Shown piece after piece: positions 17,583 to 25,440 of a stretch of 64,000 bases of DNA. Each line of letters begins with the position of its first letter. Positions within the stretch are counted from its first letter, which is position 1. The DNA comes from Longimicrobiales bacterium (GTDB taxonomy: Bacteria; Gemmatimonadota; Gemmatimonadetes; Longimicrobiales; RSA9), in NCBI GenBank assembly GCA_035512635.1, contig DATKDR010000019.1:65903-129902 (forward strand), in the 5' to 3' direction. The notes beneath the pieces were generated by a model. That model had not been told where the DNA came from. It ran no database searches and saw only the letters and a list, made by a program, of their open reading frames with translations. The position numbers and the translations under genes were made by a program.

Positions 17583-18058
17583 TTAGCGAGCCTCCAGCGT
17601 ACCAATGCGTTCCCAGGATGGATCGGGTTGCAGGGTGAAAAGGATCACAAGAGAACCGTCAGGGACGTCGGTAGCGCCAACCTGCTGCGCTAGCGTTGCA
17701 GTCAACTGCTCAGGCGTGAGTTTGTACATGCCGCCCGACATGGCGTCCACCACAAGTCCGATGATCCCCCGAAGATTATGTTGCCGAGTATCCACCCACT
17801 CGTCTGACGCGCGAGTGCAGACTCGAAGGAGGAATAACCATCCATCGTGATACGTACGATGTGGTTGTCCTTGCGTGACAAGTTGGCCACGACAGGAGTT
17901 GAACCGTACTCTCGCCCATCGACGGTCACCAGCGCTCCGGTAGGGCTACTGGAGATCGCAACGCCCTGGTTAGTACCATGGACGATGGTTGCGCACGCGC
18001 TCAAAAGCACGCCGCCAAGAAGGGTGAGGATGCTCAGACCTCGCCAGGACAGTTTCAT
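17583..18058 (-). pseudogene. PEGA-domain lipoprotein gene, split by a 1-nt frameshift in a G5 run
   Basis: Frame A (track ORF 17702..18076): MKLSWRGLSILTLLGGVLLSAC (lipobox), then the PEGA domain PTGALVTVDGREYGSTPVVANL...ITMDGY...WILGNIIFGG. Frame B (track ORF 17583..17795) continues IIGLVVDAMSGGMYKLTPEQL... One extra G in the ggggg run (plus-strand ccccc at 17766-17770) restores ...FGGIIGLVVD..., matching the usual family architecture. Codon usage is much less GC3-biased than in neighbouring genes. Confidence 0.7.
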
Positions 18059-18370
18059 GGCCTGCCTTTTTTCCAAAGGAGAGGTGGGAACCGTTGATTA
18101 TTGGGGGAGCCGATGTAGTGGCCTGAAACAAGGTAAGGGAACGGCTACGACATGCGTAAGGGACAGATTTCGCGCATCGGCGTGGCATTCCGAGAGGAAT
18201 CAACAGAGCGAAACCTTCCGCGCTCGAGCACGCCAGCGAACTTGGCGGAGAGGAGCGCCGACGTTGCCCGACTCCTCGTTCTCTGAAAAAGACGACTGGG
18301 CAATACAACTCCCTGACTTCTCGTAATGGAAACGCCAACGCCAGGCGCCGGGCAGCGGCTCACCGAAACG

Positions 18371-18410
18371 CGAAAGGCCGTCCGCGGGCAACACCGTGGA
18401 CGGCCTTTCG
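18371..18410 (-). terminator. Strong hairpin downstream of the 18436 gene
   Basis: Perfect 13-bp stem cgaaaggccgtcc / ggacggcctttcg with a 14-nt loop. On the minus strand it is followed by cgtttcgg. It begins 26 nt after the stop of the minus-strand gene. Confidence 0.5.
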
Positions 18411-18435
18411 CTCGCTCTGTCGCGGCCGCGTCCGG

Positions 18436-19581
18436 TTAGAGCGTCAGGCGCAGGCCCAAGCTGCCGAACAGGCGACCCTCGCCGAGGGTTTCCTCGGTCA
18501 CGTCACGCCCGTCGAGATTCTCGCCCGACAGCAGGTCGGTCGCCTGCTGATAGCCGACCTCGCCCACCAGGCTGAACAGAAGGAGGCTCATGCCGACGTT
18601 GCCGAACACGTTCCACGCCGCCGTGTTCACCTCGCCTGTCAGCGCTGGCTCCATCGTCAACACCAGGGGCTGCGTCGGATCGGCCTTGGCGATGGCACAC
18701 TCGGGCTGCGTCGGCGGACAGTCGTACTCGACGGCGAAGTTGAACGACGGATCGCTCGTGTAGCGGTCGTAGCCGGCGCCGATCACGAAGTCGAGCATCA
18801 GGAAGCCCTTGCTGAGCGCCGCGCGCAGGCTGAGGTTCGTCAGGTCCGTGGCGAACTCGCCCGGATCGCCGTCCTCGATGTCGCCGAAAGCCACCTCGCC
18901 CATCCGGCGATACATGCCCGAGACCGAGAGACCGGGGGCGAGCAACCCGCCCTTGAGGATGCCGATGCGCGCACCGGCGCCCCAGGTCACGAACGCCTCC
19001 TCGATGCCCACCCGCGAGATGGCCGGCACGAAGGCGACGCTGCCGAGCAGGTCGACCGAGCCGAGCCCGCCCAGCATGGGAACCAGAGTGATTCCGTTGA
19101 AGACGCCGATGGCGACGTCGCCCTGCAGCGCCCCCACCGCCGCGCGCGCGGTCGGGGCCGGTCCCAGCTCGTCGTTCGCATCGGACAGCGTCGCGGCGAA
19201 CTGGTCGAGCTCCGGGAACTCGGCGAGCGCCGCGTTCACCCGCGCCGTAACGGAGATGCGCGGCATCAGGCCGAAGCGCGTGCCCAGCGTGCCGCCCATG
19301 CCGAGGGTCGGATTCCCGCCGGAGAAGCCGATGCCGATCGAGGGCTGCAGGTTCGACAGCGCCGTCGCGACGGTGCCGCAGGCGAAGCGCAGCTCGTCGA
19401 TCACCTCCTCGACGATGGCCTCCCGCTGTGCCGGCGTGAGCAGCAGATTGACGTTCTGAATCTGCACCTGGGACGCGGGGATGCCCGCGCACGTCGCGGC
19501 CAGGTCGTCGGCATCCTGTGCCTGCAGCGGCGTGGCGCATACCCCTGCGAGCGCGAGCGCAAACAACGCATTGCGTCGCAT
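18436..19581 (-). CDS. Secreted or outer-membrane protein of unknown function
   Basis: Track ORF 18436..20040 trimmed to the ATG at 19579-19581, which is preceded by GGAGGTGAC. Signal peptide MRRNALFALALAGVCATPLQAQ. The body is Gly-rich with beta-type sequence and ends ...LFGSLGLRLTL. It carries two Cys pairs. Confidence 0.55.
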   Translation of the reverse strand: MRRNALFALALAGVCATPLQAQDADDLAATCAGIPASQVQIQNVNLLLTPAQREAIVEEVIDELRFACGTVATALSNLQPSIGIGFSGGNPTLGMGGTLGTRFGLMPRISVTARVNAALAEFPELDQFAATLSDANDELGPAPTARAAVGALQGDVAIGVFNGITLVPMLGGLGSVDLLGSVAFVPAISRVGIEEAFVTWGAGARIGILKGGLLAPGLSVSGMYRRMGEVAFGDIEDGDPGEFATDLTNLSLRAALSKGFLMLDFVIGAGYDRYTSDPSFNFAVEYDCPPTQPECAIAKADPTQPLVLTMEPALTGEVNTAAWNVFGNVGMSLLLFSLVGEVGYQQATDLLSGENLDGRDVTEETLGEGRLFGSLGLRLTL

Positions 19582-19810
19582 GTCACCTCCGTTGGTGAAA
19601 AATAACGTTGCCTCGGGGATCCATTTCGGGGCGGACGCCGGAGTCGCCGTACGGCGGCCGGGTAAGTCCGCGCCCCAAAGATGTCCGACGGCGGTACGGC
19701 GGGTCAAGCACGACGGCGCCGCCCACACCGGTAGCCGCCTACCCGCCGGGCGACGCCATGATCTCGTGGGGGTATTTCCCCGCTCCGCCGAATGCGCTTT
19801 TTTCCCGGTC

Positions 19811-20926
19811 ATGCATGCGACGACGATGACTCCGCCGGGCACCGAACCGGCCGCGACGGCTGACTGGCGCCTCGAGATTGCCGAGGCGCGACGACGCCCG
19901 ATCCGTATCTGGCTCTGGTGCGTGGCGCTGACGACGCTGGCCGTGCTCGTCGTCGGTGGCATCACCCGGCTGACCCTGTCCGGACTGTCGATCGTCGAGT
20001 GGAATCCGATCATGGGCGTGATTCCGCCCCTGGGCGACACCGCCTGGCAGGAGGCGTTCGAAGCCTACCAGCAGTTCCCCGAGTACCGGACGTGGCGCGG
20101 CGCGATGACGCTCGAGGAGTTCCGCTTCATCTACTTCTGGGAATATTTGCACCGCCTGCTCGCGCGCGCGATCGGACTCGTCTTCCTCGTGCCTTTCGTC
20201 GTCTTCTGGCTGAAGGGCTGGTTCAATCGGCCACTGCTGCGCCGCGCGCTGCTGCTGTTCGCGCTCGGCGCCATGCAGGGCGTGATGGGCTGGCTGATGG
20301 TGGCCAGCGGCCTCGTGGACCGGCCCAGCGTGAGCCACTACCGCCTCGCCGCGCACCTCGGCCTTGCTTTTATGATCTTCGGCTTCGCCGTCTGGCTGAC
20401 GCGCGAGCTCGCCGTCGACGCCGTCCGCATCACGGTCGCCGCGCCGATACGGCGATGGATGAGCCGCGGCCTCGCCGTCGTCGGCACGCTGCTCGTCGTG
20501 CAGATCGTCTGGGGCGCGTTCGTCGCCGGGCTGCGAGGCGGCAAGTACTACCCGACGTTTCCCCGCATGGGCGGGCGCTGGGTGCCGCCCGAGCTGCTCT
20601 TCCTCGATCCCGCGGCACTGAACTTCGTGGCGAATCCGATCGCCGTGCAGTGGGCGCATCGCGTGATCGGAACGGCGCTCCTGATCGCGACTGTCGTCGT
20701 GACGACCAGGGTGCTGCGAGCGGCCGCGGATCCACGCTCACGAGCGTTCGCCGCCGCGCTGCTCGCCGGTCTCGCGATCCAGTACGTCCTCGGCGTCCTC
20801 ACGCTCGTGAACCTCGTGCCGGTGCCTCTCGGAGTTACGCACCAAGTGGTCGCGCTCGTGCTGTTCGGACTATGGGTGTCCTGGATCCATCACGTCCGGG
20901 AGTTGCAGCCGAAGACGAGCGGCTGA
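19811..20926 (+). CDS. ctaA: Heme A synthase (COX15/CtaA family)
   Basis: Track ORF 19481..20926 trimmed to the ATG at 19811. GGITRLTLSGLSIVEWNPIMGVIPP...FIYFWEYLHRLLAR...HYRLAAHLGLAF...WAHRVIG. It shows the paired His-containing TM helices typical of the family. Confidence 0.85.
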   Translation: MHATTMTPPGTEPAATADWRLEIAEARRRPIRIWLWCVALTTLAVLVVGGITRLTLSGLSIVEWNPIMGVIPPLGDTAWQEAFEAYQQFPEYRTWRGAMTLEEFRFIYFWEYLHRLLARAIGLVFLVPFVVFWLKGWFNRPLLRRALLLFALGAMQGVMGWLMVASGLVDRPSVSHYRLAAHLGLAFMIFGFAVWLTRELAVDAVRITVAAPIRRWMSRGLAVVGTLLVVQIVWGAFVAGLRGGKYYPTFPRMGGRWVPPELLFLDPAALNFVANPIAVQWAHRVIGTALLIATVVVTTRVLRAAADPRSRAFAAALLAGLAIQYVLGVLTLVNLVPVPLGVTHQVVALVLFGLWVSWIHHVRELQPKTSG

Positions 20927-20952
20927 GGCGGTGCGGGCAGCCGGTCAACCTG

Positions 20953-21106
20953 CCGAGCAGGAGCACGTGCACGTGTAGGTGTACGAACCCGGGCTGGCAT
21001 CCCGTGGTGCCGCCGGCTCCACCTCTGTAGCCGCAGAGACGCCGGTGCCAGCCGCGAGCGGCCGGCGGCAAGACGTACACGTACACCTGCACGTGCTCGT
21101 GCTCGG
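20953..21106. repeat. Long imperfect inverted repeat (33-nt arms, 30/33 paired) around an 88-nt structured core
   Basis: Left arm 20953-20985 is ccgagcaggagcacgtgcacgtgtaggtgtacg. Right arm 21074-21106 is cgtacacgtacacctgcacgtgctcgtgctcgg. Checked pair by pair. The arms are rich in CACGTG/GTAC palindromes. The core carries further complementary blocks: ggctggca/tgccagcc, ccgccggc/gccggcgg, ctctg/cagag. Confidence 0.8.
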
Positions 21107-21160
21107 CCCTTTCACGAGCGAAGCGCTCCCTCCACCGGTCGAACCCGCCCGAACAAACAC

Positions 21161-21191
21161 GAAGGCCGGCGCTCTCTAAACGCCGGCCTTC
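21161..21191. terminator. Bidirectional hairpin between ctaA and the tRNA
   Basis: Perfect 11-bp stem gaaggccggcg-ctctctaaa-cgccggccttc. On the minus strand it is followed by gtgtttgttc, downstream of the tRNA. On the plus strand it closes the ctaA 3' region. Confidence 0.55.
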
Positions 21192-21204
21192 GCCGTGTTC
21201 TGTA

Positions 21205-21278
21205 CGGGCCCGGCAGGACTCGAACCTGCGACCCCCGGTTTAGGAAACCGATGCTCTATCCACCTGAGCTACGGGCCC
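21205..21278 (-). tRNA. tRNA-Arg (anticodon CCU)
   Basis: The minus strand folds as a cloverleaf: acceptor GGGCCCG/CGGGCCC, D arm GCTCAGGTGGATAGAGC, anticodon stem TCGGT/ACCGG with loop TTCCTAA, and T arm GCAGG-TTCGAGT-CCTGC. CCA is not encoded. Confidence 0.9.
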
Positions 21279-21324
21279 CACAGCGCCTGAATCTAGCGCA
21301 AGCGGCGCCTCGGTTCCACGCCCT

Positions 21325-22020
21325 CTAGAGCACCCACTTGATCACGGCGAAGCCTGCGACGACCAGGATCAGGAACAGCCACGCGAGCCGGTCGAAGTAG
21401 CGGTCGATGAACGCCTTGATCGGCGGGCCGAACTTCCAGATGAGTCCCGCGACGATGAAGAAGCGGAGCGCGCGACTCGTGACGGAGGCGAGCACGAAAA
21501 CCGGGAAGGAGATCTGGAATACGCCGGCCGAGAGCGTGAACAGCTTGTACGGGATGGGTGTGAAGCCGGCCAGGAAGATCGCCCAGAAGTCGTATGCGGC
21601 GTAAAGCGCCTGCACGCGCGCGAAGCCCTCGGGCGACACACCGGGCACGTAGCTGTAGAAGAACAGGTCCACGGACTCCCAGAAGCCCCAGCCGATCAGG
21701 TAGCCGGCCATGCCCCCGGTCACCGAGCCGGCGGTGCAGATTGCCGCGTAGTAGAGGGCCCGCTTCGGCGCGCCGAGCGCGAGCGCGATCAGCAGCGGAT
21801 CGGGCGGAATCGGAAAGAACGACGACTCGGCGAAGGCGATCAGAAAGAGCGCCCAGGTGCCGTACGGCTTGTCGGCGAAGGAGAGCACCCAGTCGTACAA
21901 GCGGCGGAAGAGACTGCGCTGCCTCTCCGTCGCGAGCGTCGGATCGGGCTGTCCTTCCGCCGGCGGAATTCCTCGCGGCGCCGCGCCCGCGCCCGTGTGG
22001 TCCTGTATGTCAGCGTCCAC
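21325..22020 (-). CDS. YqaA/DedA-family (SNARE-associated) membrane protein
   Basis: 231 aa: WALFLIAFAESSFFPIPPDPLLIAL...GGMAGYLIG...FTPIPYKLFTLSAGV. Confidence 0.75.
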   Translation of the reverse strand: MDADIQDHTGAGAAPRGIPPAEGQPDPTLATERQRSLFRRLYDWVLSFADKPYGTWALFLIAFAESSFFPIPPDPLLIALALGAPKRALYYAAICTAGSVTGGMAGYLIGWGFWESVDLFFYSYVPGVSPEGFARVQALYAAYDFWAIFLAGFTPIPYKLFTLSAGVFQISFPVFVLASVTSRALRFFIVAGLIWKFGPPIKAFIDRYFDRLAWLFLILVVAGFAVIKWVL

Positions 22021-22675
22021 CCGATTCCTCGTCCGTTGCGGCGTCCGTGCTCCACGCGAAGCGTCCCACGAGCGGCACGAACGTGCACTCGGTCACCGCC
22101 TCCGTTTCGATTCCGTCCTGCGTCCTGCGGACCACCGTCAGCTGCTGCTGATCCCGATCGCCGATCGGGATCGCCATCGCGCCGGCCGGTGCGAGCTGAT
22201 CGACGAGCGCCTGCGGCACCGTCGGTGCACCCGCGGCAACCAGGATGCGGTCGTAGGGCGAATAGCGCGCCCAGCCGAGCGTGCCGTCGCCGACCATGAC
22301 CGCCACGTTGCTGAGCCGCATGTCGTCGAGCGCGCGGCGCGCCCGCTGGGACAGCCCGGCGATGCGCTCGACCGAATAGACCTGGCCGCCCAGCAGGGCG
22401 AGCACCGCCGTCTGGTAGCCGCTGCCCGTCCCGATCTCGAGGACGCGATGGCGGGCCTCGATGCCCAGCACCTGCATGTAGAGCGCCTGGAGCGACGGCT
22501 GCGAGGCGGTCTGCCCGAAGCCGATGGGCAGCGGCGCGTCGTCGTACGCCCGGTGGCGCACGGCTTCGGGCAGGAAGGCCGGCCGCGGCACGCGCGAGAA
22601 GGCTTCGAGCACCGCCAGGTCGTGGATGCCGCGCTCGCGCAGCGTCTCGATCAGCCGTTCACGCGCGGCATCCAT
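22010..22675 (-). CDS. pcm: Protein-L-isoaspartate O-methyltransferase
   Basis: Track ORF 22010..23515 trimmed to the ATG at 22673-22675 (a GTG at 22687 is possible). VPRPAFLPE...QTASQPSLQALYMQVL...VLEIGTGSGYQTAVLA...YDRILVAAGAP. Confidence 0.85.
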   Translation of the reverse strand: MDAARERLIETLRERGIHDLAVLEAFSRVPRPAFLPEAVRHRAYDDAPLPIGFGQTASQPSLQALYMQVLGIEARHRVLEIGTGSGYQTAVLALLGGQVYSVERIAGLSQRARRALDDMRLSNVAVMVGDGTLGWARYSPYDRILVAAGAPTVPQALVDQLAPAGAMAIPIGDRDQQQLTVVRRTQDGIETEAVTECTFVPLVGRFAWSTDAATDEESGGR

Positions 22676-22683
22676 GCGCTGAT

Positions 22684-23433
22684 TCACAGCGTCAGCCCCC
22701 AGTCGGAGATCTCCCGCATCAGCGCGTGGTTCGTGAGATCCAGGTGGAGGGGCGTGACCGAGATCCAGCCGGACTCGACCGCCCGGAAATCCGAGTTCTC
22801 GCCGCCCCACCAGCGGGTCGAGCCGCCGCCGATCCAGAAATACTCGCGGCCGTTCGGATCCAGCCCGCGCGTCAGCGAGTCCACGTAGGCGCGCCGGCCG
22901 AGCGTGGTGACGCGCACGCCGCGCAGGTCGTCCGGGTGGATCGGAGGCAGGTTCACGTTGAGCAGCGTCTCGGCGGGAAAGTCGCCCCGGGTCACGATCC
23001 GCTCGAGCAGGCGCGCGATCACGCTCTCCCACGCCTCGATCGACTCGTAGTCGGAGCCCGCGTAGGAGAGGGCGATCGCGGGGATGCCGAGAATGGTGGC
23101 TTCCATCGCGGCGGCGACCGTGCCCGAATACAGCACGTCGTCGCCCAGGTTCGGACCGTGATTGATGCCGGACAGCACGAGGTCCGGCTTCGCCTCCAGC
23201 AGCTCGCCCGCCGCCAGGATCACGCAGTCGGTCGGCGTGCCGTCGATCACGCGCGCGCCGCCCTGCGCGAGCCGCACGCGCAGCGGGTGGTGCAGCGTGA
23301 GCGAGTGGCTCGTCGCCGACTGCTCTCGGTCCGGCGCGATCACGTCGACCGTCCCCAGAGTCTCCGCCGCGCGCGCGAGAGTGCGGATACCGAGCGCGAG
23401 GTAGCCGTCGTCGTTGGTGACCAGCAGCCGCAT
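22684..23433 (-). CDS. surE: 5'/3'-nucleotidase SurE
   Basis: Track ORF trimmed to the ATG at 23431-23433: MRLLVTNDDGY...VIAPDREQSATSHSLT...SGINHGPNLGDDVLYSGTVAAAMEA. Confidence 0.9.
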   Translation of the reverse strand: MRLLVTNDDGYLALGIRTLARAAETLGTVDVIAPDREQSATSHSLTLHHPLRVRLAQGGARVIDGTPTDCVILAAGELLEAKPDLVLSGINHGPNLGDDVLYSGTVAAAMEATILGIPAIALSYAGSDYESIEAWESVIARLLERIVTRGDFPAETLLNVNLPPIHPDDLRGVRVTTLGRRAYVDSLTRGLDPNGREYFWIGGGSTRWWGGENSDFRAVESGWISVTPLHLDLTNHALMREISDWGLTL

Positions 23434-23792
23434 CAGGACGATGGCGGCGTGAGCAGATCGCGGATCTCGGCGAGCTCGCGCCGCAGCGATTCGATCGTGT
23501 CGCGGTCCAGCGCACCCGCCGAGGCGCCGCCCAGCTCGCCGCCGCGTCGAAGCTGATCGAGCTTCTGCTTCGCGCCCTCGATCGTGTACTTCTCGTCGTA
23601 CAGGAGCTGCTTCACCAGCAGGATCAGCTTGATTTCCTTGCGCTGGTAGACGCGATTGCCCGAGCGGTTCTTGGACGGGTTGAGCACCGGGAACTGCGTC
23701 TCCCAGTAGCGCAGCACGTGCGGCTTGAGATCCACCAGGTCGCACACCTCGCCGATCGAGTAGTACTCGCGCTGCGCGATCGGCTCCATCAT
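23433..23792 (-). CDS. Small MerR-family transcriptional regulator
   Basis: Track ORF 23433..24710 trimmed to MMEPIAQ at 23792. The HTH reads YYSIGEVCDLVDLKPHVLRYWETQF...RSGNRVYQRKEI, followed by a coiled-coil tail. The start overlaps the gpsA stop (ATGA) and the stop overlaps the surE ATG by 1 nt. Confidence 0.75.
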   Translation of the reverse strand: MMEPIAQREYYSIGEVCDLVDLKPHVLRYWETQFPVLNPSKNRSGNRVYQRKEIKLILLVKQLLYDEKYTIEGAKQKLDQLRRGGELGGASAGALDRDTIESLRRELAEIRDLLTPPSS

Positions 23793-24799
23793 TGCCACTG
23801 CTCCGGCTTCGGCTCGCGCACCATGAGCGCGCGCACCGCCTCGGCCGCGGGCTTGTCCTCGAACAGCACCGCGTAGACCTCGGACACGATCGGCATCTCG
23901 ATCCCCTCCCGCAGCGACAGGTCGTGGGCCGCGCGCGAGGTGTCGACGCCTTCGGCGACCATCTTCATATCGCCCAGGATCGCGCTCAGGCGCTCTCCCT
24001 TGCCGAGACGCACCCCGACTGTGCGGTTGCGGCTCAACCCGCCGGTGCACGTCAGGATCAGGTCCCCCATGCCCGCGAGCCCCGCGAACGTGAGCGGACT
24101 GGCCCCGAGCGCGGTGCCGAGTCGCGCCATCTCGGCTAGCCCGCGCGTGATCAGCGCCGCGCGGGTGTTGTGTCCGAAGCCGAGGCCATCGGCCATGCCC
24201 GCGGCCAGCGCGATCACGTTCTTGAGCGCGCCGCCGAGCTCCACGCCGCGCACGTCCGGGTTCGTGTAGACGCGGAAGTAGTCCGTCTGGAAGAGCTGCT
24301 GCGTCTGCTCGGCCGCATCGTGCGAGCGACTCGCGACCGCGACGGCGGTGGGATGCTCCTGCGCCACTTCCAGCGCGAAGCTGGGGCCGGACAGGAAGCA
24401 GACGCGGCGCGCGACGGGACCGGGCAGAATCTCGTCCATCACTTCGGCCATCGTGTCGAGCGTCGACGTCTCGATTCCCTTCGACGCGCTGACCACCAGC
24501 GTGTTCGCTGCCAGGTCCGTCGCAATGCCGCTCATGACGCGGCGCACGTGCTGCGCGGGACTCACGGAAACGATCACGGAGACCCCGTCGATCGCCTCCG
24601 ACAGCGACGAGGTCGCGCTCAGCGTTGGGCTGAGCGGGACCTCCGGCAGGTACATCTCGTTCATGTGGCGACTGCCGATCGCCTCGGCGACCTCCGGCTC
24701 GTAGGCCCACAGCCTGACTTCGTGGCCTTTCTTGCTCAGCAGGTTGGCGAGCGTCGTGCCCCAGCTGCCGGCTCCGATGACTCCGATTCGTTCGCTCAT
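23789..24799 (-). CDS. gpsA: NAD(P)H-dependent glycerol-3-phosphate dehydrogenase
   Basis: Track ORF trimmed to the ATG at 24797-24799: IGVIGAGSWGTTLA...SKGIE...GPSFALEVA...GALKNVIALAAG...GDLILTCTGGLSRNR. Confidence 0.9.
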   Translation of the reverse strand: MSERIGVIGAGSWGTTLANLLSKKGHEVRLWAYEPEVAEAIGSRHMNEMYLPEVPLSPTLSATSSLSEAIDGVSVIVSVSPAQHVRRVMSGIATDLAANTLVVSASKGIETSTLDTMAEVMDEILPGPVARRVCFLSGPSFALEVAQEHPTAVAVASRSHDAAEQTQQLFQTDYFRVYTNPDVRGVELGGALKNVIALAAGMADGLGFGHNTRAALITRGLAEMARLGTALGASPLTFAGLAGMGDLILTCTGGLSRNRTVGVRLGKGERLSAILGDMKMVAEGVDTSRAAHDLSLREGIEMPIVSEVYAVLFEDKPAAEAVRALMVREPKPEQWQ

Positions 24800-25437
24800 G
24801 GCCGCACTCCGGGTCCCGGCATCTCGCCCGCCTTGCGGCCGAAGCGAGCTTCCTCGCCCCGCGCCAGCCGTTTCAGGTTGGAGCGGTGCGCGAAGACGAC
24901 GAACAGCGCGACGCCGACGCAGAGCCAGAAGACGGCCCCGACGCCGTAGACCAACGCGACAACGAGCGGCACGACGGCCGCGGCGATGACCGAGGAGAGC
25001 GACACGATGCGCGTGCTCCAGACGAGGGTGATCCAGGTCAGGAAGCCCGCCAGCAGCCCCCACGGGGCGAGGGCGAGGAGCATGCCCGAGCTCGTGGCGA
25101 CGCCCTTCCCACCCTTGAAGGCGACGTACGGCGAGAAGACGTGGCCGACGATCGCCGCGCAGCCGTAGGCGAAGGCCCAGCCGCCGCCCGCCCACGCGGC
25201 GGGCGCCACGCGATCCCACATCGGGAACGCGAAGGTCGGGAACCAGCCCTTGAAGATGTCGAAGAGGAGCACGGGCAGAGCCACCTTCCAGCCGAGCACC
25301 CGGAACGCGTTGGTCGCGCCGAGGTTGCCGCTGCCGTGCCGGCGCAGGTCGAGGCCCCGCAAAAGCAGCCCCCCGATGTGGCTGCTCGGAATGGCACCCA
25401 GGAGGTAGCTGGCCGCCAGGAGGACCCAGGGCAGCAT
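24796..25437 (-). CDS. plsY: Glycerol-3-phosphate acyltransferase PlsY
   Basis: 213 aa: YLLGAIPSS...GSGNLGATNAFRVLG...DIFKG...GHVFSPYVAFKGGKGVAT. Confidence 0.9.
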   Translation of the reverse strand: MLPWVLLAASYLLGAIPSSHIGGLLLRGLDLRRHGSGNLGATNAFRVLGWKVALPVLLFDIFKGWFPTFAFPMWDRVAPAAWAGGGWAFAYGCAAIVGHVFSPYVAFKGGKGVATSSGMLLALAPWGLLAGFLTWITLVWSTRIVSLSSVIAAAVVPLVVALVYGVGAVFWLCVGVALFVVFAHRSNLKRLARGEEARFGRKAGEMPGPGVRP

Positions 25438-25440
25438 CGC

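Noticed and set aside
17847-18394. ORFs 17847..18326 (+), 17970..18338 (-), 18145..18363 (-) and 18200..18394 (-) around the PEGA gene.
   Set aside because: They are antisense to, or upstream of, the PEGA gene. They lack start context and protein-like composition. The region is better read as a long 5' leader or promoter region.
20835-21179. ORFs 20835..21092 (-), 20945..21160 (-) and 20979..21179 (+) with HVHV/VYVYV strings.
   Set aside because: They are mirror-image by-products of translating both arms of the long inverted repeat. They do not form a plausible protein.
20927-21325. A tRNA-adjacent genomic island or integrase att site.
   Set aside because: No integrase gene is present. I could not find a second copy of the tRNA 3' segment (ggcaggactcgaacc) in the window, and the flanking genes are core functions.
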